A stretch of DNA of 64,000 nt. It comes from Balanoglossus misakiensis (taxonomy: Eukaryota > Animalia > Hemichordata). The notes under the pieces are model-generated. The model was not told the DNA's origin and ran no database searches. It saw nothing but the letters and a program-made list of their open reading frames with translations. This document shows, one piece after another, positions 1-11,942 of this stretch; position 1 is the first letter of the stretch, and every line of letters begins with the position of its first letter. The translations under genes and the position numbers were made by a program. Location of the stretch: the NCBI GenBank assembly GCA_040954595.2, contig CM082595.2:7918317-7982316 (forward strand), in the 5' to 3' direction.

Positions 1-103
1 GGAAGAGCGTCCAAAGCTACTGTGATACTGGTCCATACGTTGGGCCAACAAATACCTTCAGGGTGATGGTTGTGGATGTGAACCATATAGACAGGATTGA
101 TCT

Positions 104-527
104 GGTCTGTATTCGCCTGTATTTGCGTATCGTTTGTCTGTATTTGCGCTTCTTTGTCTGTATTTGCCTGTATTTGCGTATGTTTGTCTGTATTTGCCTG
201 TATTTGCGTATCTTTGGTCTGTATTTGCGTATCTTTGGTCTGTATTTGCGTATCTATGGTCTGTATTCGCCTGTATTTGCGTATCTTTGGTCTGTATTGG
301 CCCGTATTAAGGTATCTTTGGTCTGCATTAGCCTGTATTTGCGTATCTTTGGTCTGTATTTGCCTATCTTTGGTCTGTATTTGCCCGTATTAACGTATCT
401 TTGGTCTGCATTAGCCTGTATTTGCCCGTCTTTGGTCTGTATTTGCCCGTATTAACGTATCTTTGGTCTGCATTAGCCTGTATTTGCGTGTCTTTGGTCT
501 GTATTTGCCTGTAATTGCGTATCTTTG
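104..527. repeat. Minisatellite of mixed ~10/11/21-bp units (TCTTTGGTCTGTATTTGCGTA)
   Basis: Tandem repetition is directly visible. It accounts for the low-complexity ORFs 63..455, 97..393 and 364..579. Confidence 0.95.
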
Positions 528-2689
528 AATGTAGAACGCGCTTCAATATTTTTCGGTGGAAGTTTGCGTACTCGCTCAACGCTACAACCAGAACGGATGC
601 GGATGCTGAGAAAGTGCATGCATCCTTATAACCAAAAACAAAATTAACTTATCAAAGTCAGTTCAATTCAGATGTACATCATGTCCTACTTCCAAAACGC
701 CCATTTCGAAGCGTGTTCTATCCTACAGGTAGATATCCCCAAAGTGATTGTTGGTGTTGTTTGTATCACTTCAATCTCTGCCTTATGCCTGCCTGGACCC
801 TTGTCTGATTCTTGCTTCCTTCCTGCCTACTAGCCCCGTTCGTCCCTCTGTCTATCTGACGTATTATTTGCCACTATTTTATTTTAAAATTTCCAGTGAA
901 GAACATAGAAATCTCTCTAATTTCAGGGAGATTTCATAAATGACGTAGATGATGAATGGGAAGACGAGTGTTCGGAGTGCAGGTATGACTATTATGAGGA
1001 TGACATTCTTAAAATTGCATATGAAACAAACACCGTAAGTAAAAAATTCCTAATTTTTGTCGTTATTTATTACTACATGTATATGTGACTTTTAACAACC
1101 ATTTGGCAGAGCAATGCAATCAACATACATGTACATACACACAAACATACTGTTTATTTCTTTATGTTCTTCATAATCATAGACGTGTCCGACCCGTCTT
1201 GTCGCTGGATTTCACTGGGGGCATCCTGAAGGCACCACTGTGACATATTCAAGCCCTGTTGAATACTGCTATGCCCGTAATGTTGGCGATAAACACTACG
1301 AGTACTGCAAGCCATATCATCTTGACAGTCGCATGATGTCTTCTGTCGTAATGCAACGCGTACTATATTCCTGGTAAACGCGCTTGAGTGTGAAGACATA
1401 GTCTTTAACAGGATATCGAAAATTTACCGCTTTATTTGCGTATCTACTTCTGTAGGACTTCATTGAATTTGCTTCTATTCTCCTCCCGATTTACAGACGT
1501 TGTTCCTTTCTATTGCGCAGTCTCAATAAAGTACGTTATGATTTACTGGCAGAAAAGTATCATGTTTATCAAGTCTCCAACATAACGTAAAGTCGATCTG
1601 TTTTTACCAAACATATTGACTTAAAGGGAACAGTATTACTATGTTGTTAAGAAGAATGCACGGATATTGATCACATTCAAGTGTCATCTTAAGGATTATA
1701 CTTTTGTCAAATTGAAAGAATTTTCATTTCTTTTAATTTTTGATTTTTGGATTATCCTGTGTTTGTATGATGAAAATTCGTGATAAAATATAGGGGCCAC
1801 CTCGCTGGTTTGTTTTCTAACAATTAACAATGTAATCCTATGGGGAAAAAGACGAGTGCGCGCAGTTTTCCGGTTTATGTTCTGCGCATACATCCTTAAA
1901 TTAAATTAAATCAGTATAAAGTCGAGTAGAACTTTTGACCTTCCTATGTAATATTTCCACATTTCTCCTGTTTTGTTTTTATTTCAAGTGCGTTTGTACC
2001 TTTCTGTTTGTAGAACGGTAGCACCAATTTCTCCACGTGATTTGAACAATGAAGCTCTGATTCAGCGAAACACTACAAAAGATTGGGTCAACGATGTGTC
2101 GTTTATTTACTGGCCGACAACCTAAACAATTCCGCACCCGACGACTCTTCACCCAATTTACAAACTGAAAGTGTCAACAACCCAGCGATAAGAACCGCCG
2201 ACAACAAACAAGGCGGTTCAAAAACAAAGTGAGTGTAATTTCATGCAGTTTCATAAAAGAGGATTTTCGTCCCAAAGTCGCTAAAGGTGAAAATGGAAAC
2301 AAACCATCTGCGAAGGCAAACAATTTCCATATGATTGTTGTGATTTAACCGAGTCCTGACTGACCTAAACTACGGGCTCAAACTTGACTACGTCTACATG
2401 ATCTGCAGCCCCAAACCACGCTGTTGGTCCATCCGTAGCCAGGCGTAGACTCCCTCGATTTCCGCCTCGAGGACTGTTGGGGCAGCTATGTTGCCATGGT
2501 GATGACCTGAATGAGGGCAACCTTGCAGAATCACTACACTCCTCCCCATCACATATTTGAGGCATCGTAATCACCATATTGATGGTAGAGAATCGCTGGT
2601 GTTTTCAATTGAAGTGGTATTTTTCCCAGTATTCTGTTCCTGTTGGTGATCCGTATGTGTGTTAACGTCCTCGGTGCTAAGTCCTGTGG

Positions 2690-3290
2690 TCTCCTTTTCG
2701 CTGGCAAGAACAGGGCAGTCTTTCCGAAAAATGTCCGACCTCTTTATAGTGGAAGCACTTGGTGTTCTCCGTTGACACGTACACTGGTGAAAAAATGTAC
2801 GTCACAAGGAATATTCAAAACGCCATCGATATTGGTTTGTTGTTTAAGTACCACAAACACCTGGCGTCGGAATGACTTGACATGTCTGAGTTCGGCCTTT
2901 ATGCAACCCAGCGGAATATACCGAAACCTCTGCGTAATAACCTTTCCATATACATGTAACTCCAAACGTTCGGCAAGCAAATCGTTGGGTATAAATGGTA
3001 GCACATTGGATAGGATTACCTTTGTCGCTGGTTTCACCATCGGTTGGGGCCGTATAAAATCTTCGCCAATCGTTAGTCCTGAGGCGCAGCCATTTCAACC
3101 GATTGCACATTTTTAAAAAACACGATCATAGATCTATTCATTCTGGAGGCAGCCAGAAACTCACTAACATCAACCAATTCCGCAATCTTTTACACATAGG
3201 TGTTCACACTTATCCCCTCCAGACTCTCAATCGTCCACGCGTTTTTCATACACAGCCTTGTCAGGGCAACGTCTTTGCCGTAGGACTGAG
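2690..3290 (-). pseudogene. Degenerate Tx1/L1-clade non-LTR retrotransposon ORF1 (gag-like, CCHC knuckle)
   Basis: Minus-strand translation across frameshifts gives FLAASRMNRSMIVFF...PATKVILSNVLPFIPNDLL...IPLGC...LRHVKSFRRQVFV, then a decayed knuckle CFHYKEVGHF(R)KDCP near 2715-2760. These motifs are recalled as typical of Tx1 ORF1. Confidence 0.75.
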
Positions 3291-3559
3291 CCCAAGCCCG
3301 CCCGGCCGCCATATTGGCAGGTCTGATTGGTGACAAGCACCAAATCAGTTATCTGCCGAAAGCACAGCAATCCTCGTAGAAAAGTTCCCAAAAGGCACAA
3401 CCGGAGAAACAGAAGACACTCACAGTCCAGAAAATGTCAAACTTTCCCAGGAACAACGTCCACATTGGAGAAAAAATGCCACAATTCAGAAGCTCTCCCT
3501 CTTAACGTCAATCCAATATGGAAGACGAAGAAGAAGTAGAAGAAAAAACCAAGTAAAAC

Positions 3560-4965
3560 CAAGCAGCAATAGCGGGCCAAAGCCAAAAGAGCAAATAGCA
3601 ACATAGCGGTAAGCAGTACAGGTGTGTGCTTATTTTCGCCAAATATAAAGTCAGCATGCTGTTAATTTATGTAGTAATTAGCATGTATGTCATATTAACG
3701 TCAAAGGTCATGTGAGGTCACCCGGAATTTGGGTAAAAAGTTTTGACCCCCATACTAGCCCAGGTCCAACAGAAACCAGACCTAGCCCTATTGATTTGCC
3801 TGAAATTAGGTATGCGCATAATAAATGATGTAAAGTGTAAGACTCCATTAAGAGTTCCATCCCTCCAAACACAAATGCTGTACCTGTTCTGGATGCCAAG
3901 ATATAGGAAAGTAGGTCAAATGTCACCTGAGGTCACCCAAAATTTGGGCAATTTTTTTTGACCCCATACTTGTCCATGTCCCACAAGAACAAACATCTAG
4001 CCCTATTACTTAGCCCGGAATTAGGTATGCACATAATTAATGAGTTAAGCAGGTATTACAGGTGAGTCCAAAATTTTGCCTTTTATTTTGGTGCCATTGT
4101 GCTCACTGACCAATAGACAGTCACTGTAAAGAACCATTGCACAGACGTGCACATAGCTACATAGCTTAACTAAAGGCCTATGGCTGGGTCCAAAAATATG
4201 AAAAAAAATATAGCTGAGAAGGAAGTAGGTCAAAGGTCACCTGAGGTCACCCAAAAATTTAGCAAAATTTGTTGACCTCATACTGGTTCATGTCCAACAA
4301 GAACAAAACCTATAGCCCTATTGTTTAGCCTGGAGTTAAGCATGCACATAATTAATAAGTTAAGCAGGTGTCAAAGATGACCCCAAAATGTGGCTTTTCA
4401 ATTTTAGTCCCAACCCTCCAAACGCCAAGTCTGTACCTGCTCTGGATGCCGAGATAAAGGAAAATAGGTCAAAGGTCACCTGAGGCCACCCAAAATTGGG
4501 GCAAGAAATTTTGACCCAATACTGGCCCATGTTCAAAAAAAGCAAACCTCTAGCCCTATTGGTTCCCCTGGAATTATGTATGCACATAATTAATGAGATC
4601 ACCAGGTGTCACAGGTGACCCCCAAATTTGGCCTTTCCATGTTAGTCCCAACCCTCCAAACGCCAAGTATATACCTGCTCTGGATGCTGAGATGTAGGAA
4701 AGTACGTCAAAGTCACCTGAGGTCACCCAAAATTTGGATAAAACTTTTGACCTCATACTGATCTATGTCCCACAAGAACAAAACCTCTAGCCCTATAAGT
4801 TAGCCCACAATTAGGTATGCACATAATTAATGAGCGCAGGTGTTACAGGTGAGCCCAAAATTTGGCTTTTTATTTTAATCCAATTCTGCTCACTAGCCAA
4901 TAGACAGTCACTGTACAGGACCATTGCACAGACCAAAATTCCACAATAAGACGTGGACATAGCTG
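3560..4965 (-). mobile_element. Truncated copy of the Helentron-like non-autonomous family (internal AGGTCAAAGGTCACCTGAGGTCACCCAAAA subrepeats)
   Basis: Same internal subrepeats as 6991-9692. Partial end motif AAGCAGCAATAGCGGGCCAAAGC at ~3561-3583. Confidence 0.7.
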
Positions 4966-4987
4966 AACTATAAACTGTAGGGAGAAT

Positions 4988-7900
4988 TAAAGCTGCAAGC
5001 AGCATTGAAGGGGCCCAAGCATAGAGTTAATAACCATTAGACTCCATTCAGGGTTGTGCCATTCAAATGCGTAGGCTGTATTTGCTCTGGATATAGAGAT
5101 ATGGGGAAGTAGGCAACCACCCGAAATGGATGTCTTACAAGTACAAACACAACAACCAAAGGTGAACTTCTACGTTGTAAGTACTTCAGTAAGTATACTT
5201 CAAAGGTCAGCTGAGGGTACCCAAAAATTGGGCCAAAAATTAGGATTCTTATTTGGTTCATATTCAAGACAACGGAAAATCCTCGCTGTTTGAGTTTGTC
5301 AAATTAGATATGGCCATAATAATGAGTTACGCGAGTAAGTTACAGGTGGCCCCAGGAATTTAGCATTTCATGACGCAGAGGGTCCTACCCTACCCCTCCA
5401 AACACCTGGCTATATATGATGTGCGTGCTAACATATGGAAAGCAGGTCAATGGACACCTGAGGTCACCCAAAAATTTGACAAAAAATGTTCATTCCTGTT
5501 TATGTCATGTGCAACAAATCCTACATTTGCAACCATTTCACTTTGCCTACCATTAGGTATGCACGTAATACATGAATCAAGCAGGTGTCGCAGGTATCCC
5601 CCTGTATTTGACATTTCATGATAGTTTCATCCCTCCAAATACCAAAGCTGCACCTGTACAACGGGCTGAGATATGGCACTGTACGACATAGGTCATCCAA
5701 ATCAACGTATACATTTGGGCAAAAACAAACTGACACTTACATTCGTCCCTGTGGAACAAAAACCACACATATTGCCCTGTTGGTTAGTGTCCAATTAAAT
5801 GTACAAAATCAATGACTTAGGCAGGTGCAACAGGGGACCCCGCCTTTGGTATATCATTATGGTCCCATCCGTATATGCCCCCCCCCCCACCCCCCCCCCC
5901 AACGCCAAAGCTGCATGCATCTGCTGTGGATGCTCACTAAGCAAAAGTAGGTGAAATGTCACATAAGGTCGCCCATAACTTGACAGGAAAATCGGACTTC
6001 AAATTGATCCATGTGCAACAAATACCACGCTAGCATCCCTATCATTGACTCCACAATTACGCATGCACATAATTGAGTTACACAGGTGTCACAGGTGACC
6101 CCCGAATCGGGTGTATTACTAGTATTTTGGTCCCATACAGCTGCATGAAGCTGCGTGCCATTACGGGCGACCTGATAACCCCCACGGCCACCTGTGGGCC
6201 GACCCCCATACTGAACGTCCAGTTGTAACGTCACGACTGAAGTAGGAACTTTTGAACGGCAACGAAGCCTGATCTCTGATTATTGCTGGTACCATACTCC
6301 CTACGTGCAAGAAAATCACTGGTCTTCTGATGTATTTCGGCCACATTAGCGACTGAGGGTCAAAGTCCGCCGCCGCATTACATTGAATGTTAACCAGTGT
6401 AGCCGGGTCTGGATAGAAACATTTGAACGGCAACAGCTAACAAACTCAGCGTAATTCAATAAAACGCCCTAACACAGCCTGAACTCCGATAATGTGTTGT
6501 CCCAAAATTCATTCCGTGGAAAATAATCACTGGTCAGTTTAGTATTTCAGCCGATTTTCCAAGGACTACTGCAACCCGCCAGAAGTGAGTACCCTGCTAA
6601 TGAGATCTCCACAACATTACGTAATGACGGTCGAAGTCCGATGCCCCAGTGTCCGTCCTCAGCCCACCAAAAAATGCGAATAATATTACAAAAATCTTCT
6701 TCTCAAAATCGACGTGGCCTTGGACCTTGAAATTTGGCACAGGGTATTTTGGCCACATGGTCTACAAAAATCGCGAGAAGAATGTACATGCCCCCATTAA
6801 CGTGCAAATTAGGTCAATTTGAAAATTTCGCTCGATTATAGCCACCAAGTCACGTGACTAATTACAAATTCAAAGGGCAGGTGCACCAGTACTCATGGGC
6901 CCCGACCATCGTGCCAAATTTCAAGGTCCTAGGCCACGTTGATTTTGAGAAAAACGGGAGCAAAAAAACGACTCAAGAAGAAAGAAGAAATATAGCTGCA
7001 AGCAGCGATGACGGGCACAAGCTTAAGCCGAAGGTCAAAGGTCATATGTGGTCACCCAAAAATTGGGCAAAAAGTTTTGACCCCCATACTAGTCCAGGTC
7101 CAACAGAAACCAGACCTCTAACCCTATTGGTTTGTCTGAAATTTGATATGCACATAATTAATGATGTAAAGTGTAAGACTCTATCAATAGTTCGATCCAT
7201 CCAAACACAAATGCTGTACCTGTTCTGGATGCCGAGATATAGGAAAGTAGGTCAAAGGTCACCTGAGGCCATCTGAAAGTTTAGCAAAAAATTTTGACCC
7301 CATACCAGTCCAGGTCCAACAAAAATCAGGCCTCTAACCCTATTGGTTCGCCTAGAATTAGATATGCACATAATTAATGGAGTAACGTATAAGGCTTCAT
7401 TAGGAGTTCCATGCCTCCAAATGTCAAGGCTGTATCTGCGCTGGTTGTCGAGATATGGTAAAGTAGGTCAAAGGTCACCTGAGGTCACCCAAAATTGGGC
7501 AAGAAATTTTAACCCCATACTGGTCCATGTTCAACAAAAATCAAACCTCTAGCCCTATTGGCTAGCCTGGAATTAGGTATGCACATAATTAATGAGATAA
7601 GCAGGTGTCACAGGTGACCCCTAATTTTGTCTTTTCAATTTTAGTCACAACCCTCCAAACGCCAAGTCAGTACCTGCTGTGGATGCCGAGATATAGGAAA
7701 GTAGGTCAAAGGTCACCTGAGGTCACCCAAAATTTGGGCAAAAATTTTTGATGCCATACTGATCCTCTAGCCTTATTAGTTAGCCTGAAATTAGGTATGC
7801 ACATAATTAATGAGTTAAGCAGGTGTTACAGGTGAGCCCAAAATTTTGCCTTTTATTGTGGTCCCATTCTGCTCACGGGCCAATAGAGAGTCACTGTACA

Positions 7901-9800
7901 GGACCATTGCACAGCCGACGTGGACATAGCGTCATAGCTTAACTATAGAAAGTATAGGCCCATGGCTGGGTTCAAAAATATGAAAAATAAAAAAATCTTC
8001 TTCTCAAAATAGACTTGGCCCACGGCCTTGACATTTGGCATGTAGGACACTGACCACATGGTCTGCAAAAATCGCTAAAAGAATTTTGATATCTCCATTC
8101 ATATGCAAATTAGGCCCATTTGAAAACTTTGCCCATATATGGTCATCAGGTCCCATGACTAATTAAACATTCACAGGGATACTGCACCAGCTCTCATAGA
8201 CCTGCACCATTGTGCCAAGTTTGAGATTTGTAGGTTCAGCCGTTTTCAAGATCTACCTGAGCAAAAAAACTACACAAGAAGAAAAAGATGAAATATAGCT
8301 GCAACCAGCGATGACGGGCACAAGCTTAAGCCGAAGGTCAAAGGTCATATGTGGTCACCCAAAATTTGGGCAAAAAGTTTTGACCCCCATACTAGTCCAG
8401 GTCCAACAGAAACCTGACCTCTAGCCCTATTGGTTTGTCTGAAATTAGAAATGCACATAATTAATGATGTAAAGTGGAAGACTCCATTAATAGTTCGATC
8501 CATCCAAACACAAATGATGTACCTGTTCTGGATGCCGAGATATAGCAAAGTAGGTCAAATGTCACCTTAGGTCACCCAAAATTTGGGCAAAATTTTTGAC
8601 CCCATACTGATCCATGTCCCACAAGAACAAAACCTCTAGCCCTATTGGTTAGCCTGGAATTAGGTATGCACATAATTAATGAGATATGCAGGTGTCACAG
8701 GTGACCCCCAATTTTGGCTTTTCAATTTTAGTCCCAACCCTCCAAACGCCAAGTCTGTGCCTGCTCTGGTTGCCAAGATATGGTAAATTAGGTCAAAGGT
8801 CACATGAGGTCATGCAAAATTTGGGTAAGAAATTTTGACCCTATACTGGTCCATGTTCAACAAAAATCAAACCTCTAACCCCATTGGTTAGCCTGGAATT
8901 AGGTATGCACATAATTAATGAGATAAGCAGGTGTCACAGGTGACCTTCAATTTTGTCTTTTTTAATTTTAGTCACAACCCTCCAAACGCCAAGTCTGTAC
9001 CTGCTGTGAATGCCGAGATATAGGAAAGTAGGTCAAAGGTCACCTGAGGTCACCCAAAATTTGGGCAAAAATTTTTGATCCCATACTGGTCCATGTCCCA
9101 CAAGAACAAACCCTCTAGCCCTATTAGTTAGCCTGGAATTAGGTATGCACATAATTAATGAGTTAAGCAGGTGTTACAGGTGAGCCCAAAATTTTGCCTT
9201 TTATTGTGGTCCCATTCTGCTCACGGGCCAATAGAGAGTCACTGTACAGGACCATTGCACAGCCAACGTGGACATAGCGTGATAGCTTAACTATAGAAAG
9301 TATAGGCCTATGGCTGGGTCCAAAAATATGAAAAATAAAAAAATCTTCTTCTCAAAATAGACTTGGCCCACGGCCTTGACATTTGGCATGTAGGACACTG
9401 ACCACATGGTCTGCAAAAATCGCTAAAAGAATTTTGATATCTCCATTCATATGCAAATTAGGCCCATTTGAAAACTTTGCCCATATATGGTCATCAGGTC
9501 ACATGACTTATTAAACATTCACGAGGGTACAGCACCAGCTCTCATAGGCCTGCACCACTGTGCCAAGTTTGAGATTTGTAGGTTCAGCCGTTTTCAAGAT
9601 CCTGTTGGGCAAAAAAACGACACAAGAAAAAAAAAAAGAAGAAAAAACCCAGTAATACCAATAGGGCACAAGCCTGCTTGGCTTGTGCCCTAAAAACCCC
9701 AGTAATACCAATAGGGCACAAGCGCCTGAGGGCGCTTGTGCCCTAAAAACTCCAGCAATAACAGAAGGGGACCAAGCGCCTGAGGGCGCTTGGTCCCCTA
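4988..9800 (-). mobile_element. Stack of three nested Helentron/Helitron2-type non-autonomous elements (HINE/DINE-1-like)
   Basis: Three ends of type AGCTGCAAGCAGC (short stem-loop) + GGGC(A/C)CAAGC subterminal repeat at ~4990, 6991 and 8294. Three stacked long hairpins at 9662-9692, 9712-9745 and 9766-9800. Bodies 6991-8293 and 8294-9660 are near-duplicates. No TSD, A/T-run junctions. Confidence 0.8.
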
Positions 9801-10565
9801 AAAATTTAAGTGGTAATTTTCATGAAAGCAAGGTGGTGTCAGAATGAATTATTTTCTTCTATTGCTTCCAAAAGACTTCTCATAAACCTTAATATTGCAA
9901 AGAATTAAAAGGTTTGGATGACTACTATTTTTCTGAAAGCAAGTAACAAAAAAACAGAAAATTATTTCATGGTGACATTTGCACATTTGTTAAGGATAGG
10001 TACAGTTCACAGTCACGTGGGAATTGAAATGTAAATACACAACGTTTGTGCCTGTGACATAGGGGATTGTCGTGTGGTACTGTTGAATGTAAAGTCGATT
10101 CTTTTGATGTCAAATTCTTTGGCTTCTCTTTGTTAGTGTAATGAAAGACTACAAACATTTGGGTCAATTCAACCGGCTTCATCAAATATTACACTATGAA
10201 TTTAGATCTTAGCATTGCACCAATCATTTCCCGGGGGCAAACCATAGCATTTCATGAAAGCAAGGTGGTGTCAGAATGAATTATTTTCTTCTATTGCTTC
10301 CAAAAGACTTCTCATAAACCTTAATATTGCAAAGAATTAAAAGGTTTGGATGACTACTATTTTTCTGAAAGCAAGTAACAAAAAAACAGAAAATTATTTC
10401 AAGGTGACATTTGCACATTTGTTAAGGATAGGGACAGTTCACAGTCATGTGGGAATTGAAATGACGATTGTGCTTGTGACATAGGGGATTTGTCGTGTGG
10501 TACATTTGAATGTAAAGTCGGTTCTTTTGATGTCAAATTATTTGGCTTCTCTTTGTGAGTGTAAT
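9801..10565. repeat. Interspersed repeat with a local ~430-bp tandem partial duplication; another copy at 23235-23692
   Basis: 9818-10250 recurs from 10250 (TTTCATGAAAGCAAGGTGGTGTCAG...) and at 23265-23692. ORF-track peptides 9967..10185 and 23377..23628 are near-identical. Confidence 0.85.
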
Positions 10566-11875
10566 GCTAAAAAGCTGTTATACATGCATCATCATCCATG
10601 CATCTTTCCTAAGGCTATTTAGTCCTCATTCAAAAATATTTCTGATTATCGCTTTCTGATAGCTTATCGTTCCCTTGGGTTTCAAACATTTACAGTACTT
10701 CTCAAACATTTCACCCTTATTAATTATCTTTGACGTTTAATCTCATTTTTCATTGTTTTGCATCTTGGTTTCTATCTTTTTTGTAAATTTTCAACATTTC
10801 CTTGCAGTCCACAATAATATTATTTTAGAGTACCCTTGAACTGAAAAACAGTTAATGGTACTAGCAAGTCCTGGATGAAATATAATGTTCACCAATTGTG
10901 TATTTTTAGAGTCACATATAACGTCACGTGGATTCCTGTGTGTACACTACACCAAGTCGATATAGATGACATCACCAAGCACTTACTGCTGAAAAATAAT
11001 TATTTAGGAAAGCTTGACAAAAAATTTGTTGAGTACGCATAAAATTATTCATTTTCAGTAATGCACTAAAATTTTGCCGCAAGTTATAGATTCAACCTAA
11101 CTAAAACAATACCCGAAAAAATTGTCCACATGTCATTAGAGACAGTTACATGAAATTGTTCCATTCACTTTCTCTATACCTATTACTTGCGTGAATCGAG
11201 GCGTACATAGGCCTACATGCATTTCAGTACATATACTAAGTTAGCAATATCTTACACCAACTGTCATAAGTTTAATGCACATTTATAACATTAATTTTCA
11301 TTCATCATTTGCTATAAAGCAATCCTGTCAAAGTTTTAAGGGCATATTTGAATGTTTTATGCATTTAAGTTTTCTATTAGGGCCATCGGAAAATAGAAGA
11401 CATTTATCATCGAGCTTCTGACCATTGGCATTTTGAAAACAAAACATAATTCGCTTAATAATGTTGCCATTTTCGAAACATCTGACATCACTTCCTGGTC
11501 TTTTTTGGCGGAAGTCCATATACATGCATCTTTCTTTCACGGAATTGACTTTGTGTGTTTTGTTGATTGGATGTGCTGTACTCTATTGTCTTGCAACCGG
11601 CAAAGGAAATACTGGATATTTGAAATTGACCTATGAACTTAAGAACATGAATGGGTTTTCTCTCAATTATTGCTTACATTATTAATACATGCCATTCATC
11701 AGACATTGGGAAATATAACGGAATATATAATTTCATGCAGGTCATGTTTCAATTGAAATGAAACCTGCTATTCACAAGTTTCCTTTTTCGTGTCTCTATG
11801 GCAACACTGGTATAGTTAAATGAGTGAGTTTCTAACTCTCTAGATCACATCAAGTCTTGATAGAAAACACTGAAT

Positions 11876-11942
11876 ATGTATTACCTGGCAAGTCTCGTTT
11901 TTATATTGCTGTGTTGTGCTTATATTGCTTTGTCGATACAAG
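11876..11942 (+). CDS. Exon 1: signal peptide
   Basis: ATG, hydrophobic 22-codon stretch, strong donor AAG|GTAAGT. Phase 1 matches the CUB exon. Confidence 0.75.

Noticed and set aside
63-579. Cys/Leu-rich ORFs resembling membrane or metallothionein-like peptides
   Set aside because: Translation artefacts of a minisatellite.
1689-1898. TTAA-flanked Kolobok-like MITE (TTAAGGAT...ATCCTTAA)
   Set aside because: The inverted match is only ~8 bp and there is no second copy in the window.
9662-9800. Rho-independent terminators or a mini-CRISPR (three hairpins ~50 bp apart)
   Set aside because: They are better explained as stacked termini of nested elements, each paired with an upstream end.
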